From assembly GCA_965153355.1 (NCBI GenBank), contig OZ231126.1, positions 25,544,001 through 25,608,000 of the forward strand: a DNA stretch of 64,000 nt, read 5' to 3'. A program made the translations under genes and the position numbers. Source of the DNA: Flaccisagitta enflata. Taxonomy: Eukaryota. Shown here piece after piece: positions 1-10,699 of the stretch (positions are counted from its first letter, which is position 1; each line of letters starts with the position of its first letter). Below the pieces are notes generated by a model. That model searched no databases and was not told where the DNA came from. It saw nothing but the letters and a program-made list of their open reading frames with translations.

Positions 1-35
<35 letters not shown>

Positions 36-954
36 TTTGTTTGGCATTGAATGGGTTGAACTTTAAGGAATGTTAGTAACCCTAACCACTGATTGACGTT
101 TCTTCCCATCCGTCACTTCCTCTCCTATCTACACTGTTTAATCATCCTTTGGCTTTGCATCCCCTCCTCCCTTAAGCATCGTCCCTCATCTTCCTCCCCC
201 CTTTCCTCCTCCCTTTCTCCCTCTTCCTCCTTTTCCTTCATTTCATTTTCCCCCACGTCTGAGCTTCAGTCTGGGTCAACCGATCAATCATGTCATGTCT
301 GGATGCTGATGCATAGGGATCGACTACATCTCTTCCATGCAAATAACATCAACATATTTAAATGGACATCAAACTACAAATGTTTGTAACTCGTGTTTAA
401 ATGGTCTCAATTCTTCGAGGCTTGAAACTGATTTAAAATGATTCTAGATGCGCCCCTTTTATGATTTCGAAATAAAAAAAGAATTACGCGAAATGAAAAG
501 AAAGACATTCATTGTAAATGAAGAAAGCATGTATACAGTGCAATAAAACATATACAAAAGTGACAAGGTGATGTAAATCTCCCCTCCCCTTACGCGAGTT
601 ACAGCATTTGAAGCCACAATGACCGTTGAAATATGTGAGAGGTGTTAGAGATTTAACAGATGTTTAAAAAACGTCTCTGAAGAGCTTATGTGAAACTAGT
701 CAGACAAATGCTTAAAAACTGTCGTCGATTTTATCTTTCTTTTCATTACACTTTGACGCATCATTGAAAATTCGTTTCTTATTTTTCAAATTTTGTGAAT
801 CTTCAGTTTTTCCTTCCTGTCCTTGTAAGCTCAAAACATATTTTTCCTTTTTTCAATGGATAGATTTACAAATACATAAACCTTCTTCGTTCATTCTTGA
901 ATATGTGAGACATTGTCCTGTCAAAATATTGTTTTGAAAAAGAAAATTTTCATC

Positions 955-1219
955 AGTCAAGGCAAAAGTACTATCCCTCTATGATTTTGAGTAGAGACAT
1001 CCATCCAGCGGATCCCTAACACGTCAGCAATTCGACTAAGTGAAGTGATCCATCATGTGTACCGTCTAGGTTTAGGCTGGTCAGAACGATTCGAGTTTAC
1101 CCTATCAACCTCATTGTTTACCCACTCTTTATTATACATTCTCTGTCCATCTCTCCATCTTTAGTTCTGCTTCTGAACGCCTCTCTTCACCCTCCACCCC
1201 TCCCTAATAGTAATAATTT

Positions 1220-1266
<47 letters not shown>

Positions 1267-1400
1267 TCAAAGGTGCTGGTAAAAGCCTTGACCATTACCT
1301 TCCCTCTTTTTCTTACCATCTTCATTATCATTATCACTGTCCCAAAACTCGCAATCAATATCATCATCATTATCAACGTTTTAGTCTCAATCATCATCAG
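955..1400 (+). repeat. Host direct repeat, copy 1 (copy 2 at about 14958-15650)
   Basis: Shared sequence GGCAAAAGT..CATCCAGCGGATCCCTAACAC..GTACCGTCTAGGTTTAGGCTGGTCAGAACG..ATCAACGTTTTAGTCTCAATCATC; the copies differ mainly in CT microsatellite length. Confidence 0.85.
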
Positions 1401-1583
1401 CAGCAATGTTAAAGATAGTAGATTGTACGGCTCATTTTCAATATTCCTGTAATGATGTATCTAAATTGCACTGATGGGCATTTTATTCAATCCAATCCAA
1501 CTCAAGAACATTATCCCCAACATCATCATTATCATCATTATCATCATTATCATCATTATCATTATCATTATCATTATCATTAT

Positions 1584-2494
1584 TGTTAGAAATGTATGTC
1601 CGTCCGTTTCTTAGGTATGTGTGCTTTTGTCTCTTTTGCGTGCTTTTGGCTTTTTCTCTTTCTCTACTATTCAATGCCCGCGTCTTTTGTTTCTTGCCAT
1701 TTTTTATATTGAACGCTAGATGGGTAACCATATGGTTGCGCCTTGATTTTGTGCCATTTGTTTTTACTACATAGGCAAATATACGTAACTCGTCCTTCGT
1801 ATCATCCAATTTTTGGATTGATTGATTTTATTTATTTACGGCATTGCTTCCTAAAGTGATTGATTGATTTTTCGTGATCGATTGAATGCGCCCTTGGAAT
1901 TCACTAATTTCAATAATCTCTCATCTTTTTATTGCAGATAAACTGAACGGACAATTAACGTTAGTTTGACTTCGACAGACTGTGGGTTGAAACCAACGAA
2001 AGTGGGCCTAAAAGTAAGTTTTATAGACGCGTCATTGCTTTTATTACGTTGTTTTTATCTTGTTTCCGGTCTGTTATTTTTGTCTTTTGCCCTTTTGCAT
2101 TTTTATTGCCGGATTTTAGCATGGTTTTTACCGCTTGTCTCGATCAGCTTGCTATAGGGATGATATGGATGAATCTAATGGGATGGGCCGGGGCAGGGGC
2201 AGGTATTATCAGGTGGCATGGGCTCTGAAGAAGATGAACATGTTGTCATGTGCTGTTTCTGTCCTTTATTGTGTCCTATCTCGATTTCATGTTATCTTTT
2301 GCGTTTGCTGATCACAATTAACGCCCACTTTCCCTTTCATTTTTTCCCCCTCTCTTCAGTTGTTGAAATTTTTATGGAATAAACGAGACGATCGCCTTCC
2401 TATTTTCCAATCGGCCAACTTTCTTTCACCACAAGTCGTCAGTCAGATAGACGCTCATAGACAGTGCCAGCTGAAACTCGTGGGCGTAATTATA
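1584..2494 (+). repeat. 5' LTR of BEL/Pao element
   Basis: Starts TGTTAGAAATG; aligns with 13943-14853 up to GGGCGTAATTATA, after which the two copies diverge. Confidence 0.9.
2356..2383 (+). promoter_or_regulatory. Putative LTR initiator (TCAGTT, +1 = A2358) and AATAAA polyadenylation signal defining a short R region
   Basis: TCAGTT at 2356-2361 matches the arthropod-type Inr consensus; AATAAA at 2378-2383 (3' LTR copies 14715-14720 and 14737-14742). This spacing fits a U3-R-U5 layout. The same site also resembles a 3' splice site. Confidence 0.55.
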
Positions 2495-2505
2495 TTTCAA
2501 CAATT
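2495..2505 (+). other. Primer-binding-site position; not tRNA-like, complementary to LTR nt 2358-2368
   Basis: TTTCAACAATT directly follows the 5' LTR end. It pairs with AGTTGTTGAAA (10 Watson-Crick pairs plus 1 G-U). No TGG-starting tRNA PBS lies between the LTR and the gag ATG. Confidence 0.6.
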
Positions 2506-2557
2506 TAAAACGACTCGATTCTTTCCCCCTCTTCGACCTCTGAAAACGAAATTGACA

Positions 2558-5500
2558 ATGGCAGCCGCGCGCAACGACGCATACCGCCTCGACCGCTTAA
2601 CGTCATCTCGGGTATCTCACTTCGGTTTGAATCAGTGTCCGAGGTCGAATCGCTTGCGCGCAATGAGGAACGACATCACTGCGGAAATGGAAGGATGCCG
2701 GCGCCTTTTCGACGCCGTCGCTACTTGCACCGAAGGAACGAATGACTCCGACGACGCCGCCTGTGAATCAGATGGCGCTCGACACGGACTTCGGGATATG
2801 GTTTACGACTTCACATCGTATGCAAGGCAAATGGCGCTCGACTCGATGCCCGGCGACCCTCTTCGATTCGCGGGCGTCTACTTTGCGTCGAATCGGCGCG
2901 AATGGGACTCCATGCGTTTCTTTGATCGTGAAAACTATCCAGAGGGTTTTCCTTCCAACGCCGACATCGTGAACGCAGTGCACAATGACATTGGGAATCG
3001 AAAAAGACCCGTCAACGAATCTCATGGAACAGTCTCCCAACTGACACTCACGCCGCCCGTGACAATGTTACTGGCGCCTCCGACTCCAAGGATGCGAACG
3101 TCTTCGCCAAACCCTGACGGATCCGAGTATCTACCACTTCCGGCCCCGCGGCATGGTGCGCACTCCAACTGGCGGCCAATTTTTAAATCTGCCGCCGATC
3201 CAAAGAGGAGATGCCGCCAATCAATGGGTATCAGATTTGGTCTCGGAAATTGAACCTGCGCGTGCGTCTCCAATGGAGCAAGCTGACGACATGCTTGCGG
3301 ATCTCGACGACGCCGACGCTCTCGCAAGAGGCCGCGGGATCATCAACGGATTGACGCCGCAGGAGAGGGCGAGGCGACGCCTCGTCAACAGGAGTGCTGA
3401 GAGAGACAGATGGGGCAGGCAATTGGAGGAGGAAATGCGACAAGGCTGTCGGCTGATTGACGATATGCAGCAGCAACAACGGGAGGAGGAACAGCGACAG
3501 CTACAGGAGCAACAGCAGCAGCATCAATTGCAGATGCAGCAGCAGCACCCCAACAGCAACGTCAACTCCACCAACCACAGGAGCAGCAGCAAACGACGGC
3601 TCAACGGCAGCAGCAAGAGCTGTTGCAGCAGCAGCAGTTGCAGCAACTCCAACAATTTTGTCAACAAGATCCTGCAGCCGGCGCTCAACAACAACAACAA
3701 TACTACCAACAGCAATAAACAACAGCAACATAACAACAACAAGAGCTGCGACAACACCAAACGGCAATGCAGCCGCACGAACAACAACAACAGCGGCAAA
3801 ACGATGCAGGAGAAAATACGCAACAGCAACAGCAGCAGCAACAGCAACCTTCCGCCGCAATCCCAGCGGTGGTAGTGGATCCTCCAGCTTCAAACAACCA
3901 TCTTGTCGAAAGCATGAACGTCAGTGAGGAGACAGAAGAAGAGAGACAGCAACGCCTTGCAGATCAACGTCTGCGCATGATGGCTGAAGGTGAAGGTGGT
4001 GGTGCAGCAACAGCTCCAAAGGCGCCGATCGCGGTGCCACTGGGATTCCAACAGCGAAGCTCATCACAAGAAGACAAAGAGTTATATGACAGAATGTGTA
4101 ACTTTCGCCAGCAGCAGCAACGAGATGAAGATAGAAGAGCAGGAGTATTCAACAATGCGGCAGAAATGCAACGAAAGCACTGGAATAGCCTGAACGACGG
4201 CGGTATTGGTGGAGCTTTAGAGCAGCGGGATGTGAAGCTTAGACAACTGTCTGAGCTGGACCAGCAGCAGCCGCAGCATCTGCCAAAAGACCGTCGATCT
4301 ATCTTCAGAAATTTCAATCCGGGATTGTTCAATTCGAACATAAGGCAACGTCATGTGTAGTCAGTGGAAACGTCCGTCAAGCAGCCGATGCAGCAGCAGC
4401 AACAGCTGGAGCAGCAGCAGCAGCAAGGGGATAGCTGCGCGTCAACTGCAGCAGCAGAATGAACAGCAACAGCGTCCTGACCAGCAACAGCAGCTTCAAC
4501 ATCAACAGTGGCAGCAACAACGGCTTCAACAACAGCAACATCAGGATCAGCATCATCAAACCCCAGCAGCAACGATTCTCCTTACCGCACCGGAAGTGAT
4601 CTTCGAGAAGCAGATTGGTTCTGCTAGAAGGGAGACTGGTCTTCCTCATCAAGAGGAAAAGGTCTTCAACACAGCCGGAAGCGGAGGTGATGCAACGGAG
4701 GCGATGCGCAGGAGGCAGAAGCAAGAGGCCGCTGACGCGATGTTGGCCCAGCAGCTGCAAGATAAAGAAAGAAGAAAAGTCGCTCCCAAGAAGACAACGA
4801 GTGGATTGCAGCCAAAGGCGCCGAAAGTAGCTAGGTAGCGCTCTAGCAATAAGCGGAAGTCATCCAGCAGAATCAACGTTTGCTGGCAAGAAGTGGAGAA
4901 GTCGGAAGATGCAGATTGCAGGAGAGACTTTGCCTGCCGCAGCGAGAGCAGAAGAGAGACAACGAAAAGAAGAACAACAACAGCGACAGTACGTCCCGCC
5001 AAGATTTTGATGCCCCCAGATTCCATCAAGATGATCGTCAACAACAAGTGAATCAGCAAGAGGAAGTTGGGTGGAGTGTAAAAACCACCAAGAAGAGATC
5101 TCCGGTAAAAGTCGGGGGTCAATACGCCTTCATCCAACAACCCCCAGCATCATCAAGTGGTGGAGCATCACTGGCAGCCCGTCAACTGAAGTCCATGTTC
5201 AGATGCCCAACAATCCGGCTCTGGACAGGTTTTTGGAAAGAGCGACGTACAATGATCTCATGCGAGCAAGGGAGGTCGGCCTCAAAGCGTTGGAGAGAGC
5301 AAGACCTGAGAAGCCCTGCAGAGCTTTCATCCACCGACTTCATGATGGAAGAGGAAGTTCAAGATGCTGAGAAGCATGAGGGCTTGACGCAAATGGACAT
5401 CTTATTGGAATTGCCTAAGTGGTTTGCTGGTCCGGCAAAAGAGATCATCGAAACTGCGACTATTGATGCAACTGAAGCGACAGCAAGAGGAGAAATTGAC

Positions 5501-6346
5501 GACGCCGCAAAAATGGACGCTGTTCATGGCGAAGGCGCTGCAAAATACTGGCGGCGCTGTTCAACGAAATCGTCGCGGAGGGCGGTAAGATCCAGTCGCC
5601 ACTCATGCAAGGCATTTCAATTTGATCTGTCTGCAAGGTTGCAAAAGGCAAAGAAGATTGCGAGGGCCTGTGGAGAAGTGCAACAATGCTATCGTGACGA
5701 GCTGCTGCAGGAGACCCTCAACAAGAGGGTCCCTCATCTTGTGATAAATTCTGGGAAAAGCAACATGAAGCAGCCTAAAATGGACAATTATTTTCATTCG
5801 ACAACTTGGTCAATATGATCGAGACATGGGCGGTGATTTCAGCGCAACAAAGGCGCAAGCTGCAAACAGCATCAGTGGCAGCAGTCGCAACTACAGAGAA
5901 AGAAGCGCCATCATCATATGAAGATGCTTGGATCAATGGCTAGTAAAAGACGCAGTCGACGGACCGCTGCAACCTGCAGTGGAATGCATCAAACAGAAGA
6001 ATGTCATCAGCTGTTAGAGTTGGAAGTGGACGCGAGAGTTCGCAAGATCATGTCTCGTCGCCTTTGCTTCCACTGTCTCGCGCCAGGACACAACGCCAAA
6101 GGATGCGCTAACAGACCGACTTGCCAAACCTGCAAGAAGCCGCACGCAACGATTCTCCACGGGCGCACCTACAAGAAAGAAGAAAAGGAAGAGAAGAAAG
6201 GAGAAAATAAGCAGGGAAATAAAGTACCGCTGGCTCCCTCAAAAAGTCAGGAGGATGTGGGCTGCAGCAAAGTACCAACAGCTCCGTCGACGGCGGAGGC
6301 AGCCAATCCTACGGAGGTGATTTCTTCTACTAACGCCACGGCATGA
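2558..6346 (+). pseudogene. Gag of BEL/Pao element: Gln-rich N-terminus and three C-terminal Cys/His knuckles; multiple frameshifts
   Basis: Chain of overlapping + ORFs from ATG 2558. ORF 5918-6346 has the Pao triple-knuckle pattern (TCSGMHQTEEC with the first Cys degraded, CFHCLAPGHNAKGC, CQTCKKPHATILH). Confidence 0.85.
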
Positions 6347-6365
6347 CTACGGTGACGGCACGGCG

Positions 6366-6900
6366 TTGCGGTCCGTCTCTTCATTCGACGACGTTGTCCG
6401 TCCGATTGTTCCAGTGACTATCATAAACAATTTTTCGGGTGCGCAGAGGACGATAGGATTTACTATGATCGACCCAGGCGCTGATCGCGACGTGATCAGT
6501 ACCAATGTCATTCGCAGTCTTCTGATTCCAACAAAACAGTGCAAATGACGGTGATTACTGTGGGAAGTCATGTTGTTGAGGATCGTTTCATCGCATCATT
6601 CACTATGCAATCGGCCGACGAAGAATACGCGTCGACTGCCAACGACGCATTGGTAAGGGATTTGTTAACGAGTGAACGCGACATTCCTCCTTTTCTCCGC
6701 GCGACCTACCTGGACCAACCTCACATCGAAGGCATAAAATTTCCAGAAGCTGGAAAGGCTGTGTGATGATGATCATCGGAGCGGCGCATGCGGATGCCGC
6801 CGTCGCTCAAGAAATCCGCCGAGGGCCTTCTGGATCTTTGACTTGCTTCAGATGTCTATTCGGTTGGACTGTATGTGGAAAACGGGCAGAGAGGACGAGA
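6366..6900 (+). pseudogene. Aspartic protease region of BEL/Pao Pol
   Basis: TMIDPGADRDVI resembles the D-[ST]-G active site; downstream IIGA and LFGWTVCG motifs are typical of Pao proteases. Confidence 0.7.
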
Positions 6901-7199
6901 TATTGCGTCGATCACCGCTATCGTGCGACGGATGACCGTGTCCTCAACGACAATATCGATCGCATCTCGACAATCGCGTCCTCAACAGCAACATTGACCG
7001 CATTCCTACTCATGACTTTGCATCAAGCAATCGTCTAGCAAGAGGAGATGGGTGATTCCCTTGAAAATGTCAGAGCGTGCAAAACGTTAGAGTGAAAAGA
7101 CATATATTTTTGCCTAATTGTGAAAAAGTACTTTGCTCCCACATGGAAATTTCATCACGAGAAAATCATGGAGATTCTGAGAAGAGTAAAATCACGACC

Positions 7200-7895
7200 A
7201 ACTGCGATGAAGCGACTCGGTAACCAACGTCTGCGCTTCAAGCGTGATCCAGCCTTCAAAGAGAGAGTCTTCCGTGAAATCGAGAAGTTTTAATGAAACG
7301 GGAGTGGCGATTGAGATTGATAACGTCGACGACGACGACGGCATTGAGAAACCGCGCTGGCATTTGCCGCTTCACATTGTTGAACTGCGCGGAAAACGCG
7401 CGTATGTCACGATGCGCGTGCGGCGACCGACGGGATCTCACTCAATGATTTGCTCGCCGGAGGTCCAAACTTGATGAATAGCTTAATGGACATCCTCATG
7501 CTTTGGGCTGGGAAGATCGCCTTATGTGTGACATAGCGTTTTTTCCACCAGATCCGCGCGTCCATCCTGACGACGCTGGGACTCTGTTCAGATTCTTCTT
7601 TTGGTTCAAAGATCGTACTCTACGAGAAGCCATTTTGAATCTGTTCTTATCACATGTCTTCGGCAGCCAATCCAGCTCATTCGTCACGTCTTTCACCGTC
7701 AGAAAGCATGCTGAAGTAATCCGGCCCAAATACCCCTACAATGTCTACGATCTTATTCGCTATGGTTTTTACATCGACGACCGAAGTGGGGGTGGAGATT
7801 CGGTCGACGCAGCACCGCAGTTGAAGGTGGACTCGGTGGCGGATATGGCTGACTGCGTGATGGACCTTGTGAAGTGGAAAAGTAACGCGCGGTAA
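7200..7895 (+). pseudogene. Reverse transcriptase region of BEL/Pao Pol
   Basis: WHLPLHIV, frameshifted GPNLMNSL, CDIAFF, HVFGSQSSSF, catalytic FYIDD, and LVKWKSN. Confidence 0.85.
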
Positions 7896-8298
7896 TTGAT
7901 GGATGGAGATCCGAACGTGCCAATTCCCATCTCAGATAAGCAAGATGATGCGCCGAACGAAGGTGTTGGGCGGGTCCATGGCTTCCGGCGGAAGACGTCT
8001 TCATCTTCATCTGCGACGAGGAATTCAAAACTCTTAGAGCAAAAACACCTCATCACCTTGCCCCCATGCAATAAACTTATGATCCATTGGGACGGAGCCC
8101 AAGCAAGATACATCGGCAGACGACATCTTCAACTCTGTCGGCCCACATGGCAGTGGGATGGGATTCGCCCTTGGAAGAGAGCGTCAAGGAATCCTTCTTC
8201 CGCTACACTTTATCTTGGCCCCTTTTCACAACAATACCGAATTGAACGCTGGTGGAATGGCGGCGCTGCATAATAGTGACATTGGGTGGAAATAACAA

Positions 8299-8877
8299 TT
8301 GAGATCTTTTTTGGTGCGGCCTGCTCAAAAAGGCGGATATGGAGCAGTTGCATATCGACGTCAAGTCAATCGAGATGGAGATGTTCACATTTCATTCATC
8401 GCCTCCAAATCCCACGCCATTCCACTTAATCCCAAACGTGCTTCTCATCACAACAGCGTTCCACGCGTCAAGATTGTATCCGCAGAAAAAGCAGTGCAGC
8501 TCAAACGCTGCGGAAGGACCATCGAATTGGACAATCTCGTCGTCAGATTTTGGTCTGATTCTGAATCTGCACTGAAGATGATTTACAATCCGGCAAAACT
8601 GAGAATTGTATTTTTCGCCAATCGCCTCTCCAAGATCCATAGCGGGTCTGATCCTCAACAGTGGCGCTGGGTTGATTCTACAAACAACCCGGCGGACCAC
8701 TGCAGCAGAGGCATCCAGGCCCACGAAGCCGAAAAATGGCGTCAATTCCATCACGGCCCTGCATTTTTGCGCCTTCTCTCCCGAAGATCAATGGCCAAGA
8801 CGAACATCGCGACGTGCCCTATTTCTGCACAAGTCGCCGCATTGTATGGGGCTGAAAGTGAAAAGAAACAAGGCTGA
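8299..8877 (+). pseudogene. RNase H (Pao-type) region
   Basis: GYGAVAY, FIASKS, PRVKIVSA, FWSDSESAL, FFANRLSKI, WRWVDSTNNPADHCSRG. Confidence 0.9.
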
Positions 8878-9306
8878 CGCGATACTTCTTGCGGCAGCTT
8901 CTCGGGAAAATGGATGGCATAAATTGCGGATCATCGGCATGGTTCTTATCGCAGTCAAAAGGTGGAGAGCGTATCCAAGGGCGAAGACACGAGCAGCAAG
9001 GGATCTCCTTCCTAAACCGGAAGTGACGCAAGACGTTTTGGAGGAGGCGCGCAAACAGCTCGTCAAGTCAATGCAGCGGCATCATTATTCAGACGTCTTC
9101 GAACAATTGGAGTTGGGAAAAGTCTTCAAACCAGAAAGCGTCATGACTTCATCATAAAAATAAAGAGATGTGCGGGAATTGAATCCTTTTTTGTCGATTT
9201 ACTTTACTTGCATTATTCGCGTCGGTAGTCGGCTGAAAACGCCGACATCGCAACAGACGCTAAATTTCCCTTCATCCTGCCGCCAAAGACGAGAAATGTA
9301 CAATCA

Positions 9307-10419
9307 TTGATTCGCCATTATCATCACAATGATTTTCATGCGGGTGCAAAGCATACATTGTGCCAACCACGCCAATTTGTGTGGATTACAAAAGGTCTTC
9401 AGGCTGTCAAGAGCGTCGCCAACACGTGCTTCAGATGCCAGAAGAACTTCAAAAACAACGCAAACCAGCAAATGGCCTATCTCCCACCAAATCGCGTCAA
9501 TCCTGCACCTGACTTTGCAGAGACTGGATTGGATGTCATGGGGCACTTCCTAGTTAAGATGAACGGGCGTGCTGATCACAAGGTGTGGATCGCAGTGTTC
9601 ACCTGTTTCGTCACGCGCCGTCCATGTGGAATTGCTCTCTCAACATGTCAGCCGATGCGATGGTAAATGAATCATCCGCTTTGCAGCAAGGCGCCCAGGA
9701 AACCGCCGTTTCACATCAGATTGCGGGACGAATCTAGTAGGCGCCAATAATATCCTCAAGAAGGAGATGGAAGCTTGGAACCGCCGTCAACTCCCGAATT
9801 GCAGCGGCGCGGCCTTCGGTGGGATTTCATCACGACGAGAACACCCCACTATGGAGGGGTGTGGGAGAGAATCGTCGCTCTCTTTAAGCGCCATCTTGCT
9901 TCCATCTCGACTGGCGCCATCCTCCACGTCGACGTGGCTTCAACACTGCTGCGGAGCTGTGAAGTTGAAGGAATCCTCAATCGTCGTCCTCTGACAGCGC
10001 TCAGCGATGATCCAAATGACTCTGAGGCCCTTACACCGAATCATATCTTAAATCCATCAACATCCGGCCATGCCCCTCTGGATTCAGTGCAACAAGGCGT
10101 CAACTCTGACGCTGACTCTGCGAAGGTTCAATGGAGGCGTGCACCGCGTGTGGATGCATTTTGGAAATCGTGGAGGGTCGAATATTTGTCGCTTCTTCAC
10201 GCGCGAAGCAAATGGTCGAGATCCCAGAAAGACTTTGCGGTGGATGACATGGTCATCGTGGCGGACGCAACGCCGCCTCGTCACAATTGGAGTTTAGGAC
10301 GTGCCGCGGGCGTCGAGGGTTCGCCAGCCCATGTCCGGAGGGCTCACATCCGGCGCCAAGATGGAAAGATCGTGACGAAAGACCGTACGAAGCTCGTGCG
10401 GCTGGAATTGGACTCATAA
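9307..10419 (+). pseudogene. Integrase of BEL/Pao element
   Basis: HH-CC zinc motif (HHNDFHAG...CFRC), GLDVMG, frameshifted SDCGTNLVG, PHYGGVWER, and a typical Pao C-terminal region ending at TAA 10419. Confidence 0.92.
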
Positions 10420-10699
10420 AAACGCTGTTTTGAGAGAGAGAGAAAGGCGCATGGGCCTGTCCATTAGTAACTATAGATAAGGAGTGATTGAAACTCTGAC
10501 TTGTTATATTTACAAAGAGTTGTTATTATTCATATTTGGTTCTCGATTATCCATGCTTTCATCTTTCCTCTTGTCAATTATAAAAGGTCCATTTTCACTT
10601 ACACATCAAACACTGATTCATTCGCTCTGTCTATATGTACATATTATTGTGCCAAATCCGTTTTTACCATTATCAGTTCATCAATACGAACATTTCAAA

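Noticed and set aside
2361-2502. 142-bp MITE with 9-bp TIRs TGTTGAAAT/ATTTCAACA
   Set aside because: No TSD, and the right repeat is absent from the 3' LTR; better explained as LTR-to-PBS complementarity.
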